From Micavibrio sp. (GTDB lineage Bacteria > Patescibacteriota > Minisyncoccia > Moranbacterales > GCA-2747515), in NCBI GenBank assembly GCA_020718085.1, contig DYDB01000001.1, positions 218,891 through 282,890 of the forward strand: a stretch of 64,000 bases of DNA, given 5' to 3'. A program made the position numbers and the translations under genes. Positions 49,653-58,946 of the stretch are shown here, piece by piece; position 1 is the first letter of the stretch; the number at the start of each line of letters is the position of its first letter. The notes beneath the pieces are model-generated. The model did no database searches. It saw only the letters and a program-made list of their open reading frames with translations, and was not told the origin of the DNA.

Positions 49653-49692
49653 AAAATTATAATAATTTCATTAATATTTATAAACAAAAACT

Positions 49693-49726
49693 GTAACATA
49701 ATCCAACGGCCGTGGAATTATGTTAC
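49693..49726. repeat. 34-bp palindromic cassette-boundary repeat, copy A (GTAACATAATccaACGGCCGTggaATTATGTTAC)
   Basis: 10-bp AT-rich arms, ACGGCCGT core, followed by TTTTAGAGAATAATTTA. The next start codon lies 29 nt downstream. Confidence 0.9.
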
Positions 49727-49754
49727 TTTTAGAGAATAATTTAAAAACAAAATT

Positions 49755-50477
49755 ATGACGAAAAAAATATCGTTTAGTGATAAATTAATTGAGTTTTATC
49801 TGACTGTTTTTGTTGTTACTCTCATTTATCTTTATTTACATCACGAATATTTTGCAATGGGTGTTTTAGTCGTTACAATGCCTTGGCCAGTAGTTGCATA
49901 TATTTTATATAAAAAGAGAAAAAAGCGATCTTTTTTTGAAAGTAATAATTCACTGGAAAAAATTAGAGCGTTGACTCCGATGCAGTTTGAGGATTTTATC
50001 TGTCACTTGTTTGATAAATTGGGTTATGTGACGGAAAGGGTGGGTGGCTCGAGTGATGGTGGTATTGATGTGATTGCAACAAAAAATGGGGTGAAGCACT
50101 ATATTCAATGTAAAAAATTTATTACTAGTCAGGTAAGTGTTGGTGCGATGCGTGATTTTTATGGTGCTGTGACAGATAAACTTACAGATGCAAAATCATT
50201 TTTTATCACAACAAATATTTTCACGCTTGAAGCAGAACAGTTTGCTGAAGGGAAGTCGATAGAGTTAATTGATGGGAAAAAACTGATGGACTATGTAAAA
50301 CTGGCAGGTATCGATGCGCCAGCATCGGATCAGACAAGTTCCAGTGGTGATACTGCAGAAAAGTGTCCAAATTGTGGAAACGATTTGATTCTAAGAACTG
50401 CACGAAAAGGCACTCACGCCGGAAAAACTTTCCTCGGTTGCACAAACTACCCCCACTGCCGATTTGTCAAAAAGTAA
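49755..50477 (+). CDS. Membrane-anchored Mrr-type (PD-D/ExK) restriction endonuclease with a C-terminal topoisomerase-type C4 zinc ribbon
   Basis: Mrr_cat signature GGSSDGGIDVIATKNGVKHYIQCKK..FITTNIFT..LIDG; CPNCG..GCTNYPHCRF. Its stop codon lies inside repeat B. Confidence 0.75.
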   Translation: MTKKISFSDKLIEFYLTVFVVTLIYLYLHHEYFAMGVLVVTMPWPVVAYILYKKRKKRSFFESNNSLEKIRALTPMQFEDFICHLFDKLGYVTERVGGSSDGGIDVIATKNGVKHYIQCKKFITSQVSVGAMRDFYGAVTDKLTDAKSFFITTNIFTLEAEQFAEGKSIELIDGKKLMDYVKLAGIDAPASDQTSSSGDTAEKCPNCGNDLILRTARKGTHAGKTFLGCTNYPHCRFVKK

Positions 50478-50507
50478 CATAATCCCACGGCCGTAGAATT
50501 ATGTTAC
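50474..50507. repeat. 34-bp palindromic cassette-boundary repeat, copy B
   Basis: GTAACATAATCCCACGGCCGTAGAATTATGTTAC followed by TTTTAGAGAATAATTTA. Confidence 0.9.
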
Positions 50508-50537
50508 TTTTAGAGAATAATTTATAATATAAGAAAT

Positions 50538-50762
50538 ATGATAAAAAATAGCACTGCACTGATCAAACCAAACAAATATATCTCAATAGCGATTTCATTA
50601 TTATTTGCTGGTGTATTTCTCTATCTATGTGGAAGAGATGTTAAGATGATTCTGGACAGTCAGGTGACTCTTGAGCCGATAAAATATGTGGCTGCAGTAA
50701 TATGGGGCGCGGCTACAGTCGCAATGGTTGTACGGGCATTTAAGACGATCTTTGCCAAATAA
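50538..50762 (+). CDS. Small 2-TM membrane protein
   Basis: 74 aa with two hydrophobic helices; starts 31 nt after repeat B. Confidence 0.4.
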   Translation: MIKNSTALIKPNKYISIAISLLFAGVFLYLCGRDVKMILDSQVTLEPIKYVAAVIWGAATVAMVVRAFKTIFAK

Positions 50763-50775
50763 TAACAAACCACAT

Positions 50776-51129
50776 ATGACTGATGCAGTACGAAAATATA
50801 TAGCTAAACAAGATCCCCAGAAAAAAGCGATATTGGAGAAATTACGCACATTGATCCAAAAGGCTGCACCGTTGGCGCAGGAGTGTATGAGCTATGGTGT
50901 ACCGGCTTTTAAAATTAATGGTGGCAATCTGGTCATGTACGCCGCATTCAAAAACCATATTGGCATCTATCCCGAGCCCGATACGATTCTGGCATTTACC
51001 AAAGAGCTTGCGGGATACAAAACCGCCAAAGGGTCGATCAAATTCATGTTGGATGAGCCGATCCCTTATCCTTTGATCAAAAAGATCATCACATATAAGT
51101 ACAAAAAACTCAAGGAAAATTCTAATTGA
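50776..51129 (+). CDS. DUF1801 (YdhG-like) family protein
   Basis: ORF 50728; internal ATG at 50776. Sequence resembles the YdhG/DUF1801 family. Confidence 0.55.
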   Translation: MTDAVRKYIAKQDPQKKAILEKLRTLIQKAAPLAQECMSYGVPAFKINGGNLVMYAAFKNHIGIYPEPDTILAFTKELAGYKTAKGSIKFMLDEPIPYPLIKKIITYKYKKLKENSN

Positions 51130-51145
51130 GTAAAATGCAAAATAT

Positions 51146-51394
51146 ATGACAAAAATCGCCACTGGCGTTGTGCATAAAGTCCCAAAAGATCTAAAAGAAA
51201 TGTTGATAGGAAATCCAGACATTTTGACAATATGGAATAGTTTAACCCCGCTTGCACGCAATGAATGGATCTGTTTTCTCGTAAGTGTAAAGCAGGAAGA
51301 AACACGAAGAAAACATCTGACTCGAATACAAGAGGATCTTAGCAAAGGAAAGAAACGTCCCTGTTGCTGGGCCGGATGTCCACATAGAAAATAA
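51146..51394 (+). CDS. YdeI/OmpD-associated family small protein
   Basis: C-terminal ..KQEETRRKHLTRIQEDLSKGKKR matches the YdeI-family ETRxxRi..L..GKK motif. Confidence 0.5.
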   Translation: MTKIATGVVHKVPKDLKEMLIGNPDILTIWNSLTPLARNEWICFLVSVKQEETRRKHLTRIQEDLSKGKKRPCCWAGCPHRK

Positions 51395-51411
51395 GTAAAA
51401 AACACTCAAAA

Positions 51412-51445
51412 GTAACATATTCCCACGGCCGTAGAATTATGTTAC
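51412..51445. repeat. 34-bp palindromic cassette-boundary repeat, copy C
   Basis: GTAACATATTCCCACGGCCGTAGAATTATGTTAC. Confidence 0.9.
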
Positions 51446-51474
51446 TTATTAAAATTTAATAAGATTTACATTTT

Positions 51475-52029
51475 ATGAATATTGACAATAGAAATAATCA
51501 CAACGCACGTGAAAAATCGCACGCAACGACAACTCGATCTTCCTATTTTATGATGTGGATCATTGTTGGTATCGTAGTGTTCTTAATATTTTTTATAATA
51601 CTTGTTTTTGGTATATTTTTGTTTCAAAAGAATGGGGATAATATGACAACATATGTTTCCACGTCGACTACTGATAAAAAAAACAACCATACATCACTGA
51701 AACCACATGATCCATGTCAAGATTTACTTGCAGGCATGTATCCAGACGGACGGGTTGAGATTAGGGATGAGTCAGACCTGCGCATCATATTGAATGAAAC
51801 TATGCAAAGATTGGCGCAAGTCAACAAAGACCTTTTAATTACATATGACGAGTCCTGCTTGATTTATATAATCACGACTAAATCACTTGTACACAATGAA
51901 AATGATAGCCTAGATGTAGCATACTACAATACGATTGCAAATGAATATATTACTTACTATGACATGGATTCTGATAATCTAAGAAAGGCTCTGGAAATAT
52001 TATTCAATGGAACTCCCAGATCAAAATAA
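51475..52029 (+). CDS. Hypothetical membrane-anchored protein
   Basis: 184 aa with an N-terminal TM helix; single-gene cassette between repeats C and D. Confidence 0.5.
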   Translation: MNIDNRNNHNAREKSHATTTRSSYFMMWIIVGIVVFLIFFIILVFGIFLFQKNGDNMTTYVSTSTTDKKNNHTSLKPHDPCQDLLAGMYPDGRVEIRDESDLRIILNETMQRLAQVNKDLLITYDESCLIYIITTKSLVHNENDSLDVAYYNTIANEYITYYDMDSDNLRKALEILFNGTPRSK

Positions 52030-52116
52030 TACGTCAAGAGAATCAGGTCAAGAACTTTGTGTTTTTGTGCCATATTACCTAATGATATAATATAGCCGCT
52101 ACAAAATTTCAAAAAA

Positions 52117-52150
52117 GTAACATATTCCCACGGCCGTATAATTATGTTAC
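52117..52150. repeat. 34-bp palindromic cassette-boundary repeat, copy D
   Basis: GTAACATATTCCCACGGCCGTATAATTATGTTAC. Confidence 0.9.
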
Positions 52151-52162
52151 GCTTGGTATGTT

Positions 52163-52726
52163 ATGTACAAAATAGGGAAGGTACAAAAAAAGATCCTTAT
52201 TTCACTTTTTGGTGGTGTCGCACTTGGTCTTTCACATTCGCCACGACAGTATTTTGCAACACTTTCGGTTATCCATAAAGATTGGCAAAAGATCAATCAA
52301 CGCAGTTTTGCGCGATCACTCAAGAGACTATCTCAAGAAAAACTCATCAAAGAATGTAAGATGCCGAATGGGTCATATAAACTTGTTTTGACTGCAGAGG
52401 GGAAAAAGATAGCGCATCAGTTAGACCTCTTTGGATCGGTCAAAACATTTATAAAACCCAAGAAATGGGATGGAAAGTGGCGCATTGTGATCTTTGATAT
52501 ACCGGAAAATGATCGTGTATTTCGTGATATTTTGCGCAAGCATCTCTATACATTGGAATTCAAACAATTACAGCAAAGTGTTTTTGTCTCACCGTATCCG
52601 TGTGAAAAAACGATATTAGATCTCGTGCGTCTATACAATGCAGGCAAATATGTTCGAGTAATTACAGCATCAGACATCGACAACGCTTCTGATCTCAAAA
52701 AACATTTTTTCAAAAAGGTAAAGTAA
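52163..52726 (+). CDS. PaaX-like regulator with a Cas2-fold C-terminal domain
   Basis: WRIVIFDIPENDRVFRDILRKHLYTLEFKQLQQSVFVSP resembles the Cas2/PaaX C-terminal fold. N-terminal wHTH-like. Confidence 0.5.
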   Translation: MYKIGKVQKKILISLFGGVALGLSHSPRQYFATLSVIHKDWQKINQRSFARSLKRLSQEKLIKECKMPNGSYKLVLTAEGKKIAHQLDLFGSVKTFIKPKKWDGKWRIVIFDIPENDRVFRDILRKHLYTLEFKQLQQSVFVSPYPCEKTILDLVRLYNAGKYVRVITASDIDNASDLKKHFFKKVK

Positions 52727-52756
52727 CATAATTATACGGCCGTGAGATTATGTTAC
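52723..52756. repeat. 34-bp palindromic cassette-boundary repeat, copy E
   Basis: GTAACATAATTATACGGCCGTGAGATTATGTTAC; the preceding gene's stop is in the repeat's left edge. Confidence 0.9.
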
Positions 52757-52808
52757 AATAAATAAATTATAAGTATTGTATCAATAAATTATATTAAATT
52801 GTGAATTT

Positions 52809-53309
52809 ATGAGTAAAGTTATTTGTACAGATAGAGATGGTAATACACATGAGGTTTCATCTGAAGAGTTGCGTTTTCGTCCCTCTGTGTATGGTGTGAT
52901 CATAAAAGACGGCGCACTACTTTTGTCCAAACAGTGGGATGGCTATGATTTTCCCGGAGGAGGTATTGAGATTGGTGAGGAAATCAAAAGCGCTCTTGTG
53001 CGAGAAGTCAAAGAGGAAACCGGCATGGATGTGACGGTGGGAGAAATTGTGGCATGTGAAAATTCTTTTTATAAGCCCCTTTTAGATGATTCACATAATA
53101 ACGGTTGTTTACATTCTATCCTGATCTATTATCTGTGTAATGTTATAGGCGGGGAACTCTCTATTGATCATATTGCAGATAATGAAAAAAAATACATCTC
53201 CATGCCGGAATGGATTCCCCTTGAAAATGTTGACAAGGTCAAATTTTATAATTCAATTGATAGCATGCAAATCATTCAACAAGCGCAACATGTTCTAAAT
53301 TCAATTTAA
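52809..53309 (+). CDS. NUDIX hydrolase
   Basis: Nudix box GGGIEIGEEIKSALVREVKEETG. Confidence 0.8.
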   Translation: MSKVICTDRDGNTHEVSSEELRFRPSVYGVIIKDGALLLSKQWDGYDFPGGGIEIGEEIKSALVREVKEETGMDVTVGEIVACENSFYKPLLDDSHNNGCLHSILIYYLCNVIGGELSIDHIADNEKKYISMPEWIPLENVDKVKFYNSIDSMQIIQQAQHVLNSI

Positions 53310-53330
53310 AAATTTATTAGTATACTTAAT

Positions 53331-54131
53331 ATGGATAAAGATAAAAATAAAGTTGCAATAGTTACTGGAGGTGCCTTGGGGTATATGAATGGTGGCCCAT
53401 CTATTGGTGGTTCTATAGCAATGCGCTTGGCTAATGATGGATACAGGGTGGTTGTGGTCGATCTCGGAGAGATGGGTCAAAGAACTGTAGATGTCATTGG
53501 CAAAAATGGTGGCGAGGCCATTTTCTTGCAGTTGGATGTCACAAAAACAGAAGATGTAAGGAAGATCGTGGAAACAACAGTGGACACGTTTGGTGGTGTG
53601 ACCTGTTTGGTAAATTGTGTTGCACGGTATAGTCCTGGTATGGCCAAGAATGTGGTTGATATTTCCGAAGAAGAATGGGATGAGACGCTCAAAGTAAATC
53701 TCACAGGATATTTTTTGATGGCGAAATATACTATCCCGGAAATACTGAAAACTGGAGGTGGTACGATCATAAACATCTCTTCAATCGAAAGTGACATTGC
53801 ATTGCCGAACTTTAGTGTATATTCAGTTTCAAAAGGTGCAATTGATGCACTGACACGAACTGTTGCAACTGATTTTGCCCCGCTTATCAGATGCAATTCT
53901 GTATTACCAGGGTTTGTAAAGATCGCAAATTCTGAAAATGATCGTTCGGAGCACGAATTAGAGGAATGGTATCAAAACATTGCAAAAAAATATCCGATGA
54001 AAAGAGTGTGTGAAACACATGAAGTGGCCAATGTCGTTTCCTTTCTTGCTGGCGATGAATCGTCATATATAAATGGTCAATCAATTGTTGTGGATGGTGG
54101 AAAAGGAATTGCAGATGCACATGAGTTTTAA
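53331..54131 (+). CDS. Short-chain dehydrogenase/reductase (SDR)
   Basis: TGGALG cofactor motif, YSVSK catalytic YxxxK and a 266-aa length. Confidence 0.85.
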   Translation: MDKDKNKVAIVTGGALGYMNGGPSIGGSIAMRLANDGYRVVVVDLGEMGQRTVDVIGKNGGEAIFLQLDVTKTEDVRKIVETTVDTFGGVTCLVNCVARYSPGMAKNVVDISEEEWDETLKVNLTGYFLMAKYTIPEILKTGGGTIINISSIESDIALPNFSVYSVSKGAIDALTRTVATDFAPLIRCNSVLPGFVKIANSENDRSEHELEEWYQNIAKKYPMKRVCETHEVANVVSFLAGDESSYINGQSIVVDGGKGIADAHEF

Positions 54132-54190
54132 AAAATGAAATAATTCAAGATGCTTTAGAGTACTACATAACAAGTAACTTATTAACTTTT

Positions 54191-54397
54191 ATGCATATGC
54201 AAGTCAATGAAAGCGCTATGGACCGTGTTTTGCGAGCAATCGGTGGTGTTGTGGTGTTATATTTCTCCTATATGGCATTCACAGGATGGATACAGATCGT
54301 AGGTTATGTGATCGCTGCAGTGCTCATTTTCACCGCTATTACGGGGTTTTGCGCGCTATATAAAGTACTTGGTATCAATACCAACAAGGCTGAATAG
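54191..54397 (+). CDS. DUF2892 (YgaP-like) small 2-TM protein
   Basis: RAIGGVVVLYFSYMAFTGW..IAAVLIFTAITGFCALYKVLG. Confidence 0.5.
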   Translation: MHMQVNESAMDRVLRAIGGVVVLYFSYMAFTGWIQIVGYVIAAVLIFTAITGFCALYKVLGINTNKAE

Positions 54398-54429
54398 AAG
54401 AAGTATTTTTGTTATTAAGATCATAGAGT

Positions 54430-54924
54430 ATGGTTATCGAAGCAATTCAAAAACGCAGAAGTATGCGTATGTACAAAACCGATGCGGTTTCTGAAGATGT
54501 GATCAATGAGATCATCAAAGCCGGGCAGTTTGCGCCAACAGCACATGGTACTGGAGCTGTTGAATTTCTAGTAATTACCGATGCAAAAATGAAGAAAGAT
54601 ATTTTTGACATTGTGGGTCAAGATTATGTTACAGAAGCGCCTGTGCTTATCATACCTGTTGCAACTGATGCAACAGTGCTTCCTGTGCAAGATATCTCCG
54701 TAGCAACGCAAAATATGCTTTTACAAGCGACCGATCTGGGACTAGGCAGCGTATGGAAGCATGTCGTACCTGAATGGGCAGGAAAGATCAAAGAAATGCT
54801 TTCTATTCCAGAAGGTTATCATGTGATCAATATGGTACCCATTGGATTGCCAAATGATCCGGATGTTATAGAACATGCAGATGATGATTTCAAGATCGAA
54901 AAAATTCATCGAGAAAAATGGTAA
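54430..54924 (+). CDS. Nitroreductase-family protein
   Basis: IQKRRSMRMYK..QFAPTAHGTGAVEFLVI is a typical nitroreductase N-terminus. Confidence 0.7.
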   Translation: MVIEAIQKRRSMRMYKTDAVSEDVINEIIKAGQFAPTAHGTGAVEFLVITDAKMKKDIFDIVGQDYVTEAPVLIIPVATDATVLPVQDISVATQNMLLQATDLGLGSVWKHVVPEWAGKIKEMLSIPEGYHVINMVPIGLPNDPDVIEHADDDFKIEKIHREKW

Positions 54925-54952
54925 GGATGGTGCACTTTTGAAGAATAAAATT

Positions 54953-54983
54953 AAAAGCTCCAGGAGTTATCCGGGAGCTTTTT
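54953..54983. terminator. Bidirectional terminator between convergent genes
   Basis: AAAAGCTCCAGGAGTTATCCGGGAGCTTTT. Confidence 0.6.
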
Positions 54984-55009
54984 GTGATACAAGATATAAA
55001 CGAATCAGA

Positions 55010-55510
55010 TCATTCACTGAAAAACGTGAATAGTACTTCTTTGGTGAGTCGCTTTGGAAGTCCGAAACAATGTTTCAAAATTTCGGCGACACGTTTCTGA
55101 TCCTGCTTATTGTTGAAATGCGTGATGGAGGAAAATGTGATCGGCAGAAATGTCGGCACTTTTTCAATTCCTTGTGCACTCAAGCGAGATACACATTCTT
55201 TGTCGTCGCAACACGTGTATGCCGCACTCATCGAATAACCAAATCGTTCAGAACCAAGATATGAAAAGAAAGAAACCGTTTTTTTGTTGCACTGCGGACA
55301 AATCATTTTTGGTATACGACTGCTGCCTTGTGCAAGCACCCACTCAATGTGCTTGTGCAGTTTATTTTTGGCTCCGGCACTTTTTTCGTTGAGCAAATTT
55401 TTCATGAACACTAACCAACCATAGTCAGTGAACATGAGTTGCTCGATACTTTTTCCTTTTTTCTTGCCACTTTCAATTACATATGGTGCACACGGGTTAT
55501 ATGCTGTCAC
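55010..55510 (-). CDS. Hypothetical Cys-rich protein
   Basis: 166 aa with CPQC..CCDDKEC. Confidence 0.5.
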   Translation of the reverse strand: MTAYNPCAPYVIESGKKKGKSIEQLMFTDYGWLVFMKNLLNEKSAGAKNKLHKHIEWVLAQGSSRIPKMICPQCNKKTVSFFSYLGSERFGYSMSAAYTCCDDKECVSRLSAQGIEKVPTFLPITFSSITHFNNKQDQKRVAEILKHCFGLPKRLTKEVLFTFFSE

Positions 55511-55668
55511 TGGTCAATCCTCCTGTATTTTTCTGATATGTTGCTGTTAAATTACGTTTACCAATTGTCTATTTTACTACTTTTTAAGGTCTTTGTCAAT
55601 CATTACTGCAATAAAAATCGTGCTATACTATCAAAAAAGCATGACTTTATTATAGAATTTCAACTTTT

Positions 55669-56652
55669 ATGCATAAAAGAAAAATTATCACATTACTGGG
55701 TGGCAGTCTGTGTATTATCATCATTTCAACAATGATATACTTTTTCCTTTTTAGTAAAAATCACGAGGAGGAGAGTGTATTTGTGGTGGGAAGAAATCAA
55801 ACGGAATCAGAGATCATTGCTAAATTGTACGCGCAAAATTTGATAAAAAACAAAACGATCTTTTCGGCAGCGCTTTTTCTCAGAGGAAAGCATGATAAGA
55901 TCGAACCTGGCGGTTATTATATGTCACAAACAATGACCTCTTGGCAGATCATTGATAAAGTCACTTCTTCGCCTGATATGAAATGGGTGATTGTACGTGA
56001 GGGATTACGCAAAGAACAGATCGGAGAATTACTGGCAGAAACATTTGGATGGAATACTGAGGATGTGGAAAAATGGAATACAATATACACAAAGATGGAC
56101 ATTGATCATGTGGAAGGAACATATTTTCCTGACACCTATTTGATCCCAATCGATGAAGATGGTTTGGCAATTGCAAAAAGAATGACGCGACGATTCAATG
56201 AACAGTTTGAACCATACATCACCCAATTTGCCGAGCAAAACATCAAATGGACAACTGGTCTCACATTGGCATCGATCATTCAAAGAGAAGCCGCTGGAAA
56301 AGAGGATATGTCACTTATCGCCGGTATTTTGTGGAATCGTTTGGAGAAAGATATGAAGTTGGAGATCGATGCAACCGTACAATATGCGCGAGGCAAGACA
56401 GAGGAAGGATGGTGGACACTTATATCATCAGAGGATATTCAAACGATCGATTCTCCATATAACACATATATGTATAACGGATTACCGCCACACCCAATTG
56501 CCAATCCGGGAATAGATGCCATTGACGCTGTTTTACATCCTACCCAAACAAATTGCTTGTATTATCTTCACGACAGTAACCGACAGATCCATTGTGCGGA
56601 AACATATGAAGGACATAAGGAAAATATTGAAAAGTATCTTCGCAATGAGTAA
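55669..56652 (+). CDS. mltG: Endolytic murein transglycosylase MltG (YceG-like)
   Basis: N-terminal TM and YceG-family conserved blocks (GLPPHPIANPG). Confidence 0.8.
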   Translation: MHKRKIITLLGGSLCIIIISTMIYFFLFSKNHEEESVFVVGRNQTESEIIAKLYAQNLIKNKTIFSAALFLRGKHDKIEPGGYYMSQTMTSWQIIDKVTSSPDMKWVIVREGLRKEQIGELLAETFGWNTEDVEKWNTIYTKMDIDHVEGTYFPDTYLIPIDEDGLAIAKRMTRRFNEQFEPYITQFAEQNIKWTTGLTLASIIQREAAGKEDMSLIAGILWNRLEKDMKLEIDATVQYARGKTEEGWWTLISSEDIQTIDSPYNTYMYNGLPPHPIANPGIDAIDAVLHPTQTNCLYYLHDSNRQIHCAETYEGHKENIEKYLRNE

Positions 56653-56654
56653 AT

Positions 56655-56693
56655 AAAAAAGGCTCTATACAAACTGTGATTGTATAGAGCCTT
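56655..56693. terminator. Bidirectional terminator between convergent genes
   Basis: AAAAAAGGCTCTATACAAACTGTGATTGTATAGAGCCTT. Confidence 0.6.
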
Positions 56694-56723
56694 CCGCCTA
56701 TCATGATAGGGAAAATCCTCTCC

Positions 56724-57044
56724 TTACTTTTTTTCTTCTTTTCTGAAAATGTCCGTGGTGATGCCAAGAGCATCTGCAAAATCCATTACATTTTTTTCGG
56801 TACCCTCGACCATGTAAATGATCTGCATGTCTGCGCCAATTTCCAGTGAAATTCTCAGAAAATCTATATTCTCCTCGAATTCTGCTGCATCATCATCCCT
56901 CATAATGCTCCATTTGACTCGATCCAAGGGTATTTTTACCGGAAGACCTGAGATACGGTGTATTGTGACGATGTCGGAATCATGTAAGACCGAACGGTCA
57001 ATGCCAAAGATCTCTTCCTTTAAAATTTCAATTTTTTCACTCAT
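56724..57044 (-). CDS. Hypothetical small protein
   Basis: ORF 56724..57140; internal ATG at 57044 preceded by AAAGGAG with an 8-nt spacer. Confidence 0.5.
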   Translation of the reverse strand: MSEKIEILKEEIFGIDRSVLHDSDIVTIHRISGLPVKIPLDRVKWSIMRDDDAAEFEENIDFLRISLEIGADMQIIYMVEGTEKNVMDFADALGITTDIFRKEEKK

Positions 57045-57271
57045 AGAAAGTTCTCCTTTTGTGAGAGGTGATATCATTTGGTGATGAAAAATTAACGAAC
57101 TGCGAAAAATCAATATAGCATAATATAAGTACATTGTCAATCATACACCAAAGGAATTGACAAGCGTGACATGCGGGATTTTTGATATGCTCAAAATGTC
57201 TACTTTTATGCTTTGTATTTCGCGTATTTATGACATACAATGAAAATGGTTCGACATGTGTGAATAAATTT

Positions 57272-57802
57272 ATGGAGAAAAATATTCTCAAAGAATTACA
57301 GAAAATTCCCGGAGTGGGGAAGAGCATTGCGGCTGATCTCTATGAAATTGGCATAAGATCTGTGAGTGATCTGCGCAATAAAGATCCGGAGGATCTCTAC
57401 GAAAGATCAAATATGATCGCAGGCCAACAGCAAGATCGCTGTTTGTTATATGTTTTTCGCTGTGCCATATATTTTGCCAAAACAAAAAAACCTATCCCAG
57501 AGAAATTACAGTGGTGGTATTGGAAAGATCCTCAAAAAAGGAAACGTTCCTCCTATTATCTTTATATCCTTCAGTGTGCAGATAAAACGCTCTACACAGG
57601 TATCACAACAGATGTCTCGCGTCGTGTGACTGAACATAACAAGAGTGTGCTAGGAGCAAAATACACGACTTCGCGCAGACCGGTAAAACTCCTTTACACA
57701 CAAAAATTCACGGATCGCTCTTCTGCATCTGTAGCAGAAGCAAAGATCAAAAAAATGAAACGGAAGGAGAAACTGAAACTTATTATTTCTTCACATCCAT
57801 AA
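57272..57802 (+). CDS. HhH plus GIY-YIG nuclease-domain protein
   Basis: LQKIPGVGKSIAADL (helix-hairpin-helix) and YYLYILQCADKTLYTGITTDVSRRVTEHN (GIY-YIG). Start uncertain (ORF 57182). Confidence 0.55.
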   Translation: MEKNILKELQKIPGVGKSIAADLYEIGIRSVSDLRNKDPEDLYERSNMIAGQQQDRCLLYVFRCAIYFAKTKKPIPEKLQWWYWKDPQKRKRSSYYLYILQCADKTLYTGITTDVSRRVTEHNKSVLGAKYTTSRRPVKLLYTQKFTDRSSASVAEAKIKKMKRKEKLKLIISSHP

Positions 57803-57818
57803 ATCTTATTATTTCGTT

Positions 57819-58928
57819 ATGACAACTTTTCTTTTTATATTAACGATATTCTTTGCCATCCTATGCGCAGGACACTATTTTTTGTATATTTCCACAATTA
57901 CATTTTTTACAATCAAAAATACTTGCACCAAAAGGATATTGATGACCATTTTTTTACTTGGTTGTGTGAGTTTTGTAATTTCTACATTTCTTGTACATTA
58001 CAGTGATAACACTATCACACGATTAATATACATTGCTTCTGGTTTGTGGCTGGCCATAGGCTGGCATGTGATTATGGCATTTACCCTTGTGTGGCTGATC
58101 ATTGGTATGAACATGCGCATGCATTATGCTCTGAATTTCAAAAAAATCGCTGTAATATTGCTCTCATGTGCACTTATATGGTCTGGCTATGGCTTATGGT
58201 GTGCTTTTCATCCAAAGGTCGTCCATGTCACCGTAAAGATCAAAGACCTTCCAGACTCTTGGAAAGATAAGACGGCAGTGCAACTATCGGATATACATTT
58301 AGGCAATATCTATGGTGCAAAATTTATTGAAAATGTGATCTCAAAAGTAAATGCTGAGCATCCTGATATTGTATTCATCACAGGAGATCTGTTTGACGGT
58401 ATGGACGGTGCACGTGAACACTTGCTCACACCGATCAAGAATCTACACACAACTGACGGTATATTTTTCATTACCGGTAATCATGAAATGTATGTTGGCG
58501 TAGATGCCGTGTATAAAACGATCGAGAACACGTCCATACATGTTTTAAATGATGAAATGAGATCTGTTGATGATATGCAAATTGTTGGAATAGCCTATCC
58601 TGAACGGGGTGCAGTAAAAAATATACGAGAAACACTACAAAATATCCAAGATTTTGATCCACAAAAACCAAATATTTTACTTTATCATACACCGGCTGGT
58701 GCATCGGAAGCGCAACAAGCGGGGATAGATCTTCAATTGGCCGGACATACACATCGAGGACAATTATTCCCATTTCAATTGATCACGCGATACATTTATG
58801 GTCCATATTTTTATGGGCAAACTAAAGAAGATGATTTTACGATGTATACATCTGGTGGTGTAGGTACATGGGGACCGCCGATGCGCACATCAGGACGTCC
58901 GGAAATTGTGATCATTCATTTTAAATAA
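57819..58928 (+). CDS. Membrane-anchored calcineurin-like metallophosphoesterase
   Basis: 5 N-terminal TM helices plus GDLFDG, GNHE and GHTHRG motifs. Confidence 0.8.
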   Translation: MTTFLFILTIFFAILCAGHYFLYISTITFFTIKNTCTKRILMTIFLLGCVSFVISTFLVHYSDNTITRLIYIASGLWLAIGWHVIMAFTLVWLIIGMNMRMHYALNFKKIAVILLSCALIWSGYGLWCAFHPKVVHVTVKIKDLPDSWKDKTAVQLSDIHLGNIYGAKFIENVISKVNAEHPDIVFITGDLFDGMDGAREHLLTPIKNLHTTDGIFFITGNHEMYVGVDAVYKTIENTSIHVLNDEMRSVDDMQIVGIAYPERGAVKNIRETLQNIQDFDPQKPNILLYHTPAGASEAQQAGIDLQLAGHTHRGQLFPFQLITRYIYGPYFYGQTKEDDFTMYTSGGVGTWGPPMRTSGRPEIVIIHFK

Positions 58929-58946
58929 ATTAAAATATACAAAATT

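Noticed and set aside
49693-52756. CRISPR array interpretation of the 34-bp repeats
   Set aside because: Spacing is 650-950 bp, with whole genes between copies and irregular intervals. The repeats are palindromic with variable internal triplets, and no cas genes are present.
53477-54120. Minus-strand ORFs antisense to the SDR gene
   Set aside because: The SDR gene has clear cofactor and catalytic motifs on the plus strand; the minus ORFs are artefacts.
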